Shown here: one piece after another, positions 20,158 to 29,505 of the stretch | How positions within the stretch are numbered: the stretch's first letter is position 1 | Layout: each line of letters starts with the position of its first letter | Source: Nitrospirota bacterium | Lineage (GTDB): Bacteria > Nitrospirota > Nitrospiria > 2-01-FULL-66-17 | Length of the DNA: 64,000 nt | Direction: 5' to 3' | Assembly (NCBI GenBank): GCA_040757335.1 | Contig: JBFLXB010000017.1 | Location: forward strand, 4,472-68,471 | Translations under genes and position numbers: made by a program | Notes under the pieces: model-generated | Seen by the model: only the letters and a program-made list of their open reading frames with translations | The model's database searches: none | What the model was told of the DNA's origin: nothing

Positions 20158-20924
20158 TCAGAGGCCTGGAGTGGCTCGGGCGGAGCACCATCGCGCTGCT
20201 CCGGGAGATGGGTGACCTGTCGATGCTGTTGTGGGGCGTGGTGCGGGGCGTCCTCGCGCGGCCGTTGGACGTGCGGTTACACGTCAGACAGATGGAAGAA
20301 GTCGGCACCAAGTCGATCCCGGTGGTGGTGATCACGGGCTTGTCGACCGGGATGGTGCTGGCGTTGCAAAGCTACAACGGGTTCCAACGCTTTCAGGCCG
20401 AGAGTCTGGTGGGGACGGTCGTGGCGCTCTCGATGACCCGCGAGTTGGGCCCCGTGCTGACCGGCCTCATGGTAGCGGGCCGAGCGGGCGCGGCGATGGC
20501 GGCGGAACTGGGCACCATGCGCGTGACCGAACAGATCGACGCGTTGGCCTCGATGGGCGTCAACCCGGTGAAGTACCTGGTTCTCCCGCGGTTTCTTGCG
20601 GGACTGATCATGCTCCCGATTCTGACGGTGTTTGCGGACATCATCGGCGTTGCGGGCGGCTACGGGGTTTCGGTGCTGCTGCTCGACGTCAACCCCACGG
20701 TGTACATGAAACGCACCTTCGATTATCTCGAGGTCGCCGACGTGTATGGGGGCCTTCTCAAGGCGGTGGTCTTCGGCGGGATCATCGCGTTGATCAGTTG
20801 TCAGCGAGGTTTCACCGCGAGCGGGGGGGCGGAGGGCGTGGGGCAGGCGACCACGGGTGCGGTCGTGGTGTCATGCGTGTTGATCTTGATCTCGGATTAT
20901 TTCATGACGGCGTTGCTGTATTAA
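20154..20924 (+). CDS. mlaE: MlaE-family ABC transporter permease
   Basis: ORF 20094..20924. Start at ATG 20154 (ATGA overlap with the alr stop). Contains VGTKSIPVVVITGLSTGMVLALQSY and RELGPVLTGLMVAGRAGAAMAAELGTMRVTEQIDAL. Confidence 0.88.
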   Translation: MIRGLEWLGRSTIALLREMGDLSMLLWGVVRGVLARPLDVRLHVRQMEEVGTKSIPVVVITGLSTGMVLALQSYNGFQRFQAESLVGTVVALSMTRELGPVLTGLMVAGRAGAAMAAELGTMRVTEQIDALASMGVNPVKYLVLPRFLAGLIMLPILTVFADIIGVAGGYGVSVLLLDVNPTVYMKRTFDYLEVADVYGGLLKAVVFGGIIALISCQRGFTASGGAEGVGQATTGAVVVSCVLILISDYFMTALLY

Positions 20925-20943
20925 CCGGTCACGCATCGCGTCG

Positions 20944-21690
20944 ATGATCGACATCGAGGACCTGCACAAGCGCTTCAACAGCAAGGTGGTGCTGGCGGGA
21001 CTGACCTTGACCATCGAGCACGGGGAAACCATGGTGGTGATCGGGGGAAGCGGGACCGGAAAAAGCGTATTGCTCAAACACGTGATCGGTCTGATGAAAC
21101 CCGATCGGGGGCGGGTGCTGGTCGACGGCCAAGAAGTAGGGCAATTGGACGAAGCGCGCCTGACCGAGATCCGCAAGAAATTCGGCATGCTGTTTCAGGG
21201 GTCGGCGCTGTTCGATTCGCTCTCGGTGTGGGAGAACGTGGGGTTCTGGCTGGCCAGGCACTCCGCGCTGTCCGCCCGGCAGATCCGGGAGGTGGCGCGC
21301 GAGAAACTCGCCCTCGTGGGCCTCAAGGGCGTGGAAGATCTCATGCCGGCCGAGCTGTCCGGCGGGATGAAAAAGCGCGTGGGGCTCGCGCGCGCGATCG
21401 CCCACGACCCGGAGATCATGCTCTACGACGAGCCCACTACGGGGCTGGATCCCATCATGGCCGACGTGATCAACGAATTGATCATCCGCCTCAAGGAGCA
21501 GCTCAAAGTCACGTCGATCGCCATCACCCACGACATGACCAGCGCCTATAAGATCGCTGACCGCATCGCGATGTTGTACCAGGGGCGGATTCTGGAGGTC
21601 GGCACACCCGACGAAATCCGGGGGAGCGCCAACCCGGTCGTCCGGCAGTTCATCACCGGCAGCGCGGAGGGGCCCATTGCCGTCATGTAA
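20944..21690 (+). CDS. mlaF: MlaF-like ABC transporter ATP-binding protein
   Basis: 248 aa with Walker A GGSGTGKS, the LSGGMKKRVGLARA signature and Walker B MLYDEPTTGLD. Confidence 0.9.
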   Translation: MIDIEDLHKRFNSKVVLAGLTLTIEHGETMVVIGGSGTGKSVLLKHVIGLMKPDRGRVLVDGQEVGQLDEARLTEIRKKFGMLFQGSALFDSLSVWENVGFWLARHSALSARQIREVAREKLALVGLKGVEDLMPAELSGGMKKRVGLARAIAHDPEIMLYDEPTTGLDPIMADVINELIIRLKEQLKVTSIAITHDMTSAYKIADRIAMLYQGRILEVGTPDEIRGSANPVVRQFITGSAEGPIAVM

Positions 21691-21705
21691 CGCGTCACCG
21701 GCGGG

Positions 21706-23166
21706 ATGCCGGCTATGAAGGCCTTGAGCCTCGAAGCGCGCGTGGGCGCCGTGGTGGCGCTCGCGCTGGGGTTATTGTTGTGGAGCAGTTTTCAACTCAA
21801 GGATTTCGCCTTTCGGCCGGTCGAGGGCGTGCGGGTCTCGACGCTGTTTGATTCGGCCGCGGGGTTGGACAAGAACGCGCCGGTGAAGATGGCGGGCGTG
21901 CCGATCGGTGAGGTCGAGACCATGGCGCTGGAAGATTCCCGCGCCAAGGTCGTCATGCGCATCCGACCGGAGGTGAAAATTCCCAAAGGGAGCCGGGCGG
22001 TGGTCAAAGCCTCCGGGTTGTTGGGGGACAAATACATCGAAATCCTTCCGGGCCGCGAGCCGGGGACGCTGGAGGACGGCGCGCAGATTCCGCAGGAGGA
22101 GGGCACGGCTGATTTGGACGCGCTGATCAATCGCTTCGGCGCGATCGCCGACGACGTCAAGGCCGTGACCGCGTCGCTGCGCAACGTGTTGGCGAGCTCA
22201 GAGGGCGAACAGTCGCTCAAGGAGATCGTCGCTCATTTCAGGAACGTCGCGGAGAACCTCGATCACATCATGGCGGAGAACCGCGAGGGCATCAGGGAGA
22301 CCGTGGCGCACGCGGAAGAATTCATGCGGTCGTTGCGGGAGGAGGGGCCCAAGCTCGTCGCGACCCTCAACCGGATCGCGGACCGCCTGGAGCGAGGGGA
22401 CGGCACGCTCGGCAAGCTGCTCACCGACGAAGCGGTTTACCAAAAACTCGACGACGCGCTCGCCAATCTCAACACCGTGTCGAAGAATCTGGAAGAGGGC
22501 AAGGGCACGCTGGGCAAGTTGATCAACGACGACGAAGCATACGAAAAGCTCAACACCGCGCTCACCGGCCTGAGCGGCACGCTGAACAAGATCGACCAGA
22601 TCCGCATCACCTTGGGCGGCGGTGCCGACGTGCAGACCGACACCGGGGATTACCGAGGCTACGTGAACGTGGCGCTCACGCCGCGCGAGAACAAGAGTTA
22701 TTTCTTTGAAGTGGTGAACGACCCCCGCGGAAAAGTGCAAAAGACCGTCAACCTGTTCACCACTAACGGCGTCACTACGGAAGTCGAGCAAATCAGCTTT
22801 GAAACGAAGGTCAAGTTCTCGCTGGAATACTTCCGGCGGTTCGGCAACGTGGGCGTGTTCGGAGGCTTGATCGAGAACAGCTTCGGATTTGGTGCCGACT
22901 ACTTCTTCGACGATCCGGGGCTGAAATTCAGCCTGCAGTTGTGGGACTTCAGCAGCGACGATCCGCTCAACGAGCGTGTCCGCGCCAAAGCCACCGCCCG
23001 ATACACGTTCCTCGACTATCTCTATATCCAGGCGGGCTACGACAATCCCTTCAACCGGGAGCTCGACACCGGGTTCGTCGGAGTCGGGCTTGCGTTCGAC
23101 GACGAGGACCTCAAGTACCTGATCGGCAGCGGGCTGGGGAGGGCGACGCTGGGAACTGGGAACTAG
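21706..23166 (+). CDS. mlaD: MCE/MlaD-family protein, long form (single MCE domain + coiled coil + beta-rich C-terminal domain)
   Basis: 486 aa with an N-terminal TM, the MCE domain (VSTLFDSAAGLDKNAPVKMAGVPIGEV) and a duplicated GTLGKLL(T/I)(D/N)DEAY.KL motif. The last ~170 aa are rich in alternating aromatic/Gly residues (FGGLIENSFGFGADYFFDD..YIQAGYDNPF). Confidence 0.8.
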   Translation: MPAMKALSLEARVGAVVALALGLLLWSSFQLKDFAFRPVEGVRVSTLFDSAAGLDKNAPVKMAGVPIGEVETMALEDSRAKVVMRIRPEVKIPKGSRAVVKASGLLGDKYIEILPGREPGTLEDGAQIPQEEGTADLDALINRFGAIADDVKAVTASLRNVLASSEGEQSLKEIVAHFRNVAENLDHIMAENREGIRETVAHAEEFMRSLREEGPKLVATLNRIADRLERGDGTLGKLLTDEAVYQKLDDALANLNTVSKNLEEGKGTLGKLINDDEAYEKLNTALTGLSGTLNKIDQIRITLGGGADVQTDTGDYRGYVNVALTPRENKSYFFEVVNDPRGKVQKTVNLFTTNGVTTEVEQISFETKVKFSLEYFRRFGNVGVFGGLIENSFGFGADYFFDDPGLKFSLQLWDFSSDDPLNERVRAKATARYTFLDYLYIQAGYDNPFNRELDTGFVGVGLAFDDEDLKYLIGSGLGRATLGTGN

Positions 23167-23309
23167 GTAATCGCCGGGGCACCGGGGCTCCCCCCGCGTG
23201 CGCGACATTTCCGGGGACCCGCTGAAGCCAACACTCAGCGAGTGTGCCCCCGCTCGAAGTTCCTCATCACCGACCCCCATTCCGATGACGCCCTTATCCG
23301 TGAGGCCTG

Positions 23310-24374
23310 ATGCGTGAGCACCGCTGGGAAACGCAGGCATCCCTGAGGTTTGACGAGGTGGTCCGTCTGTGCCGCCGCTTGGAGGCGGCTAGACTGCCGA
23401 TGCGTTCAGTGGATCGGCTCGGGGCGTGCTACTTCGAGGAGTTCTGGGTCGATCGTTTGGACGAGATCACGCGGCTCGATCCGTGGCCGATTGAAGAAAT
23501 CACGCTCATCGAGTCGGATGAGACATGGTCCGGCGACTTCTTTGTTCTCGCCGGGCAACACCACGAGCGCTATCGCGAGCACGTCACGATGGAGGCCTAC
23601 TTGTCGCTGAGCCATCCGTGGCGGATTCCGAGTCACGTACGCGTCGTGCTCCACGAACGCGAGGCCATGTGCTGGATCGGGTTTCGCGACACCCATGGGT
23701 TCATCCGCGTCCGCGTGGTCCCGACCGAAATTGTCACTCCCGGGGAAGGCGAGGTGGATGTGCGCCGAGACCAGTGGGTCAGCGAGCGCGCCGACGCGTT
23801 CGCCGTCGCGATCGAGGCGCTGGAGTTGCCGCTGTTCGTGGACTGGTCCGAGGGCTTGCCCATGGTGGGTTCGGCGGAGCCCGGATGCCGGATTGCGGGA
23901 TCGTGGCCCGATGCGTTTGGGCCGTGCCAGTTCGAGTACGTGGTGCTGGATCGATACCAGCTGCTGGTCCCCGCCGCGCGACTGGTCGAACGACTCGGTC
24001 CGCGGCCTGCGGGGCTGCGCACGTTTCTTTCCGGCTGGTCCCATGAGGCGCTTGCCGCGTTTCACCAGCTCCAACCGGCGTCGAAGCTGCTCTACCGCGG
24101 CTTCGTCCACGCCCGATTGGCCGACCTTTCCGCAATCGCCGACGCGGTCGCGCCTCGCGGGCGGGCGCTGACAACCTTGTGCGAGTTTCGGACCCTTGAG
24201 CTCCTACCGCAAGCGCACGAGGCCTACGCCGTGGTTGGAGCCATCGGTGACCGCGAAGGATTCACTCTCGAGATTCGTTTGAACCGGAGACCGCTGCCGG
24301 CGAATCAGACCAGCGCCTGGCTCGAAGCGTTATTAGGCGTTCCGGTCGTGTATACGCCGCTGGGGTTGTACTGA
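23310..24374 (+). CDS. hypothetical protein (no recognisable family)
   Basis: 354-aa ORF with a protein-like composition (W/F/Y/E-rich, e.g. WPIEEITLIESDETWSGDFFVLAGQHHERYREH). The overlapping antisense ORFs are R/P/A-rich junk. Contains rare codons (AGA, CTA). Confidence 0.55.
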   Translation: MREHRWETQASLRFDEVVRLCRRLEAARLPMRSVDRLGACYFEEFWVDRLDEITRLDPWPIEEITLIESDETWSGDFFVLAGQHHERYREHVTMEAYLSLSHPWRIPSHVRVVLHEREAMCWIGFRDTHGFIRVRVVPTEIVTPGEGEVDVRRDQWVSERADAFAVAIEALELPLFVDWSEGLPMVGSAEPGCRIAGSWPDAFGPCQFEYVVLDRYQLLVPAARLVERLGPRPAGLRTFLSGWSHEALAAFHQLQPASKLLYRGFVHARLADLSAIADAVAPRGRALTTLCEFRTLELLPQAHEAYAVVGAIGDREGFTLEIRLNRRPLPANQTSAWLEALLGVPVVYTPLGLY

Positions 24375-24390
24375 GCCTGACCGCCGTTGC

Positions 24391-24735
24391 TTAGGCGGCG
24401 GGATGCGAGGAGAGCCAGCGCTTCAGCGTAAGGGGCGTTTGCGCGTCGGAAAACACGAATCGGACGCCGACTCCCTGTTGGGTGCGCCGGACCACGCGCG
24501 CCTCCGTGGTGAGGGGTTGTTCGTCCCCGCTGGAGAGCGCGAAGCTCAGCTCGAGAATGGCGCCCACTTCGTAGGTGGCCGAGGTCTCCAGGAAACATCC
24601 GGTGAGACTCAGATCCTGCATGCGGGCCGACCGCTCGCCGGCGGAAGTCCGCACCCGGACCGCGCGTTCAACCGTCACGCGGGACCCCCAACGATCGTCA
24701 GATGACGCCTGAGACGATGGTGCCGAGCGTCGCAT
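24391..24735 (-). CDS. PilZ-domain protein (c-di-GMP receptor-like)
   Basis: This is the C-terminal 114 aa of ORF 24391..25227, starting at ATG 24733-24735. Contains RVTVERAVRV..ARMQDLSLTGCFLET..GAILELSF..VVRRTQQGVGVRF. Confidence 0.7.
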   Translation of the reverse strand: MRRSAPSSQASSDDRWGSRVTVERAVRVRTSAGERSARMQDLSLTGCFLETSATYEVGAILELSFALSSGDEQPLTTEARVVRRTQQGVGVRFVFSDAQTPLTLKRWLSSHPAA

Positions 24736-24860
24736 ACGACTTTCCTCTACGACTAGAACGTTCAACGGCCGCGAACATGCGGCCGCGGCGGTGCCGCCAC
24801 CCACCCCAGCAGAGAGTATAGCCGGTTCGCCGATTGGGACCAGGATACGCAAGGCGTTCG

Positions 24861-25352
24861 TCACGACGCTTGCGGCGGGGGGACATTCGCGGCAACGGTG
24901 CGCCGCGGGGTGCGGTAAAAGTACAGACCGGCCACCAGGGCCAGGACCACCGCGCCGTGGACCCCGACATCGAACAGGTACTGGGTGAACCGGATCTCGT
25001 CGATGGTCTCGGCGAGCACCATTTCGGCGCCCACGGTGAGGATCTTCCGGACCGCCGCGATGATTCCGACGTGCAGGAACGGCTCGAGACTGATCTCGCC
25101 GGTCTTGAGGAAATTGACGATGGTACGAAACAACTCCAACAGAATGACCACCAACAGCAGGTCGTTCAATAAGACCAGGATGGCTTTGGGCACGTGTGTG
25201 GTCGCCATCTCGGCGAACTCCCACCACCCATAGACGAACACGGCCATCCCGAGCAACAAGAAACTGATTCCGACCGAGATATAGCCGTACGTTTCGAGGC
25301 GTTCCATGAATTCGATGGACGGAAACCGGGATGTCCCAGGTAGCATCGGCAC
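24861..25352 (-). CDS. PsiE-family (phosphate-starvation-inducible E-like) membrane protein
   Basis: 163 aa with 4 predicted TM segments and VVILLELFRTIVNFLKTGEISLEPFLHVGIIAAVRKIL, which matches the PsiE motif as I remember it. The start may be internal (MERLETYG, 25307). Confidence 0.65.
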   Translation of the reverse strand: MPMLPGTSRFPSIEFMERLETYGYISVGISFLLLGMAVFVYGWWEFAEMATTHVPKAILVLLNDLLLVVILLELFRTIVNFLKTGEISLEPFLHVGIIAAVRKILTVGAEMVLAETIDEIRFTQYLFDVGVHGAVVLALVAGLYFYRTPRRTVAANVPPPQAS

Positions 25353-25374
25353 CTCCAGTGATGGCGCAGACGGC

Positions 25375-25836
25375 TTACATCCGCGCCAGATAGGCGGCGA
25401 TCAGTAAGATGACGATCGCGACCAGCACGATCGCGACCTGAACTCGCGCCGCGGCGGTTTCGCGGCGGGCGGTGCCGGCGGCCGGTCCGCGTCCCGCGCT
25501 GGGTCCGTACGGATCGAGGATGAAGTCGTGTACGACCGACAGGCCGATCATCACCAACACCAGGAACAGCTTCAGCATCAACACGCCGCCCCAGGCTGAT
25601 TCGATCCGCGCGGAGCCGCCTTCGTTCAGGACGTTGAAGAAGCCGGTCACAATGAGCAACACCAGGCTCACCCAGGCGAGCGATTTGAACCGCCGACCGA
25701 CGCGCCGCGCGAGGTCCACGCCTTCTGATGACGCGTCCCGCGCGAGCGGCCGGATCACCGCGGCCAGCATGAGGTGGCCACCGAGAAACGCGGCGAGCGC
25801 CGCCAGATGCACCCACATGACCAGGTACGCGGGCAC
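25375..25836 (-). CDS. integral membrane protein (CopD/DUF4149-like)
   Basis: 153 aa with 4 hydrophobic segments (MWVHLAALAAFLGGHLMLAAV...). The family assignment is tentative. Confidence 0.5.
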   Translation of the reverse strand: MPAYLVMWVHLAALAAFLGGHLMLAAVIRPLARDASSEGVDLARRVGRRFKSLAWVSLVLLIVTGFFNVLNEGGSARIESAWGGVLMLKLFLVLVMIGLSVVHDFILDPYGPSAGRGPAAGTARRETAAARVQVAIVLVAIVILLIAAYLARM

Positions 25837-25941
25837 GGCGGCGGACTATACCACGGCGGCGCTGACGAGTCAAAATACGCGGCATTTCTTGCGGGGCCTT
25901 CGCGGACTCTGGTACAGTGCCGCCGTGGGTTCCCGCCGCCG

Positions 25942-27468
25942 ATGACGATCGACGTCGTGCTGACCATTGGCCCCTGGCTGCTGTTGTTGGGGGTGCTCCT
26001 CACCAAGCTCTCCCGTCGCCTCAATGTTCCCGCCCTGCTGTTCTTTGTGATCGTCGGCATGTTGGCCGGCTCGGAGGGGCTGGGAGGCATCGCCTTCGAA
26101 AACTACCAGATCACCCAGGACGTGGGGCTGGTTGCGCTCGCGCTGATCCTGTTCGCCGGCGGGCTGGATACCAGCCCGCGTGCGTTCAGTCTGGGCATCT
26201 GGCCCGCCGTCAGTCTCGCCACGCTGGGCGTGGTCTTGACCGCCCTGGTGTTGGGCGTGTTCGCGGCGTGGTGGTTGGGGTGGTCGCTCCTCGAAGGCCT
26301 CTTGTTGGGGAGTATCGTCGGGTCCACCGATGCCGCGGCCGTGTTTCTCGTCCTTCGCAATCAGAACACGAAGTTGGCTCGACCCCTGGAGTCGACGCTG
26401 GAGGTCGAGTCCGGCATCAACGATCCGATGGCCGTGTTCATGACCATTGTGCTGACCGAAGTGTTGATGATCGACAAGGGGCTTTCGGTCGGTGACATTC
26501 TCCTCCGGTTGGGCTATCAGGCCGTATCCGGCACGCTGATCGGCATCGGCTTCGGCATCGCCGCGGCCTGGGCGATCAACCGCGTTCGACTCGAATCGAC
26601 GGGCCTGTATCCGGTCATGACGTTCGCGCTGGGGCTGGGAACGTATAGCTTCACGGACGCGGTGGGCGGCAGCGGGTTCGTCGCGGTCTATCTGGCCGGC
26701 TTGATGATCGGTCAACGGCTCACGGTGTCGCAACGCCTCATCCTGGATTTTCACGACGGCTTGGCGTGGTTGATGCAAATCGTCATGTTCGTCGCGCTGG
26801 GCCTTCTCTCGTTTCCCAGTCGACTGTGGGCCGTCGCGGACGACGGCCTCATGCTGTCGGCCGTGCTGATGGTGGTCGCGCGTCCCGTGGCCGTGTTTGT
26901 GTCGCTGCCGTTCTCTCGGTTTACCCTGCGGGAACGATTATTGATTTCGTGGGTCGGGCTGCGCGGCGCCGTGCCGATCATCTTGGCCACCTTTCCGGTG
27001 CTGGCCGGGCTGCCGAACAGCCTGCTGTTTTTCGACCTAATCTTCTTCGCAGTGGTCACCTCGGTGCTGCTCCAGGGAACCACGATATCGTGGGCCGCCA
27101 GAGTGTTGGGGTTACGCAGTCAACGGCGGCCCGAGCCGCGTCATCGCCTGCACATCACGTCGATCGAACAGACCGACCGTCGCATCATGGACTACTACCT
27201 AGACCACAAGAGCCGGTCTGTTGGCCAGTTGATCAGGGACCTCCCCTGGCCTCACGAGACGTTCGTCGCCATGATCGTGCGCGGGGGGCACGTGCTTGCC
27301 CCCAGGGGTCAAACCCGGCTTGAAATCGGCGACCATCTTTTCGTCCTCTGCCGCAAGCGCGACCAACCCGAAATCACCCGGCTCTTTGAGGAGGGAATGG
27401 GTTCTGCTGCGGCCCCGACCGCGGAGCGCCCCGCACCGGAAACTGATCCGGGAATCGGGCGCGATTGA
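25942..27468 (+). CDS. K+/H+ (CPA1, NhaP2-type) antiporter with C-terminal RCK_C/TrkA-C domain
   Basis: ORF 25774..27468. Start at ATG 25942 (MTIDVVLTIGPWLLLLG). Contains SGINDPMAVF and the C-terminal VGQLIRDLPWPHETFVAMIVRGGHVLAPRGQTRLEIGDHLFVL. Confidence 0.85.
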   Translation: MTIDVVLTIGPWLLLLGVLLTKLSRRLNVPALLFFVIVGMLAGSEGLGGIAFENYQITQDVGLVALALILFAGGLDTSPRAFSLGIWPAVSLATLGVVLTALVLGVFAAWWLGWSLLEGLLLGSIVGSTDAAAVFLVLRNQNTKLARPLESTLEVESGINDPMAVFMTIVLTEVLMIDKGLSVGDILLRLGYQAVSGTLIGIGFGIAAAWAINRVRLESTGLYPVMTFALGLGTYSFTDAVGGSGFVAVYLAGLMIGQRLTVSQRLILDFHDGLAWLMQIVMFVALGLLSFPSRLWAVADDGLMLSAVLMVVARPVAVFVSLPFSRFTLRERLLISWVGLRGAVPIILATFPVLAGLPNSLLFFDLIFFAVVTSVLLQGTTISWAARVLGLRSQRRPEPRHRLHITSIEQTDRRIMDYYLDHKSRSVGQLIRDLPWPHETFVAMIVRGGHVLAPRGQTRLEIGDHLFVLCRKRDQPEITRLFEEGMGSAAAPTAERPAPETDPGIGRD

Positions 27469-27492
27469 TCGTGGTCTCGCGGCGGACGTACA

Positions 27493-29340
27493 ATGCAGCC
27501 GGGTATGATCAACGGACAAAAACGACTTCCCGAGCCTCCTTCCGCGCCCGGGGTCTACGTCATGCGCGGGGCGGCAGGAAAAATCCTCTACGTCGGCAAG
27601 GCCAAATCCCTGCCGGATCGCGTCCGATCCTACTTTCAGCCGAGCTCCCGCCTTCCCCCTAAAACCGCGGCGCTGGTGTCCCAGGTGCAGGACATCGAGT
27701 ACTTCGTCACCGGGTCCGAGCTGGAAGCGCTCATTCTTGAAAACAACCTGATCAAGAAACACCGTCCCCGATACAACATCGTTCTGCGCGATGATAAACA
27801 CTATCCGTTCATCCGACTGGCCATGGAGGACCCGTATCCGCGGCCCGAGATCGTCCGCCGCGTGGCGCGAGACGGCGCGCGATACTTCGGGCCCTACGTG
27901 CCCACCAACGCGCTGCGCGAGACGTTGCGAGTCCTGCGGTACCTCTTTCCGCTGCCGAACTGCTCGATCACGATCGACGGTACCGCCGAGCGCGCCTGCA
28001 TCGAGTACGAGATCGGCCGGTGCCTGGCGCCGTGTACCGGCCAACAAACCCGGTCGGACTATCGGGAGATGATCGATCAGGTCCGGTTGTTCCTGGAAGG
28101 ACGCGATCGCGAATTGGTCCGGGTATTGGAGTCCCGGATGAGCGAGGCCTCGGAGGCGCTGCGGTTCGAAGAGGCCGCCAGGCTGCGAGACCAGATCGCG
28201 CGGATCGACACGGTATTGGAGCGACAGCGCATCACGTCCACGCGGCTGGAGGATCAGGACGTGGTGGCGCTCGTGCGCGAGGGAGACGCCGCCGACGTGC
28301 AGGTGCTGTTCGTCCGCGGCGGGATGCTGATCGGGCGAAAAGACTTCTACTTCGAGCGGGCCGAGCCTGACGCCGCGGCGTTGCTCACCGCGGTCTTGCA
28401 GCAGTTTTACGACCGCGAGACCGTCGTGCCCCCGGAAATCGTGTTGCCGGTCGATCTCCCCGACGAAGGCGTGCTCGCCTCGTGGCTCACGGCGCGACGA
28501 GGCACGAGCGTTCGACTGACCACGCCGTCCCGCGGACCGGACGCCGCGCTCCTCGCGTTGGCGCGGGAGAACGCGGAAGCCGCAATGGCCGATCACCGAC
28601 GGCGGGAGCGCGCGGGCGAGGCCGAAGCCCGGGAGCTCCAGCGCGTGCTGGCGCTCCCCCGCTGCCCGCGACGGATCGAAGCGTTCGACATTTCGAACTT
28701 TCAGGGCGACCAAGCGGTGGGGTCAATGGTGGTGTGGGAAGGCGGAAAGATGAAAAAATCGGACTACCGCAAGTTCGAAATCAAGACGATCCAGGGAGCG
28801 AACGACTTCGGCATGCTCTACGAGGTAGTGAGCCGACACTACGCCAGGGTGCAGGACAAGGGCGGCCCGTGGCCCGACCTGATCGTGATCGACGGGGGCC
28901 GCGGGCAACTGAACGCCGCGATCGATGCGTTGCGGGCGCTCGACATCCCGGTCGGGAACGAGGGCCCCGCGGCGATCGGCCTGGCGAAGGAACGCGGGGA
29001 CAAGGGGGAACGGATCTTCCGGCCGGGCGAGGCCGACCCCGTCACGCTCGATCCCGGGGCCGCGTCCACTCGGCTGCTCCAACGAATTCGGGACGAAGCG
29101 CACCGCTTTGCCATCACCTATCATCGCGCGGTGCGCCACCGGCGCCTGGCCCAGTCGCGACTGGATGCCGTGGTAGGGATCGGGCCCGCGAGAAAACGGG
29201 CATTGCTCGCGAGGTTCGGGAGCGTGGAACGACTCGCCGACGCCACGGAAGAGGAGGTCAGCGCCGTTCCCGGAATTCCGCAGGCTTTGGCGCGTCTGGT
29301 CTTACACGCGCTCCGGGAGTCCGACCCCCGGCGCGGCTAA
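27493..29340 (+). CDS. uvrC: excinuclease ABC subunit C
   Basis: 615 aa with the GIY-YIG domain (PGVYVMRGAAGKILYVGKAKSLPDRV), a UVR domain (FEEAARLRDQI) and a C-terminal HhH. Confidence 0.95.
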   Translation: MQPGMINGQKRLPEPPSAPGVYVMRGAAGKILYVGKAKSLPDRVRSYFQPSSRLPPKTAALVSQVQDIEYFVTGSELEALILENNLIKKHRPRYNIVLRDDKHYPFIRLAMEDPYPRPEIVRRVARDGARYFGPYVPTNALRETLRVLRYLFPLPNCSITIDGTAERACIEYEIGRCLAPCTGQQTRSDYREMIDQVRLFLEGRDRELVRVLESRMSEASEALRFEEAARLRDQIARIDTVLERQRITSTRLEDQDVVALVREGDAADVQVLFVRGGMLIGRKDFYFERAEPDAAALLTAVLQQFYDRETVVPPEIVLPVDLPDEGVLASWLTARRGTSVRLTTPSRGPDAALLALARENAEAAMADHRRRERAGEAEARELQRVLALPRCPRRIEAFDISNFQGDQAVGSMVVWEGGKMKKSDYRKFEIKTIQGANDFGMLYEVVSRHYARVQDKGGPWPDLIVIDGGRGQLNAAIDALRALDIPVGNEGPAAIGLAKERGDKGERIFRPGEADPVTLDPGAASTRLLQRIRDEAHRFAITYHRAVRHRRLAQSRLDAVVGIGPARKRALLARFGSVERLADATEEEVSAVPGIPQALARLVLHALRESDPRRG

Positions 29341-29367
29341 GAGCGCATCCTGGTGTGCGGGGCGCTG

Positions 29368-29504
29368 AGCCTGGCTAGGAACGCGTCAGATGCCAGGCGC
29401 CGCGAGCACCGGACCTGTAGGGGCGTATTGCAATACGCCCCTACCACGACGTGAGCACCGGCTGCGCAGCGGCAACGCCGCAGATGACCGTTCATCGCCA
29501 GGCT
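29368..29504 (-). repeat. Interspersed imperfect-palindrome repeat, copy B (reverse orientation, carrying a nested palindrome)
   Basis: The reverse complement aligns with copies A/D: GAGCCTGGCGATGAACGGTCATCTGCGGCGTTGCCGCTGCGCAGCCGGTGCTCACGT..CCGGTGCTCGCGGCGCCTGGCATCTGACGCGTTCCTAGCCAGGCT. It fills the gap between the convergent uvrC stop and the stop of 29506..30588. Confidence 0.8.
29417..29444. repeat. 28-bp perfect palindrome GTAGGGGCGTATTGCAATACGCCCCTAC nested at the centre of repeat copy B
   Basis: I verified base by base that it is its own reverse complement. It replaces the central GTAC..AGTACGCTC segment found in the other copies. Confidence 0.9.
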
Positions 29505-29505
29505 C

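Noticed and set aside
27199-28713. 504-aa minus-strand ORF
   Set aside because: It lies entirely antisense to uvrC and has a low-complexity R/G/P/A-rich translation.
29417-29444. The 28-bp palindrome considered as a rho-independent terminator for uvrC
   Set aside because: There is no T-tract on either side. It is better explained as a nested repeat. A terminator role for the whole element remains possible but unproven.
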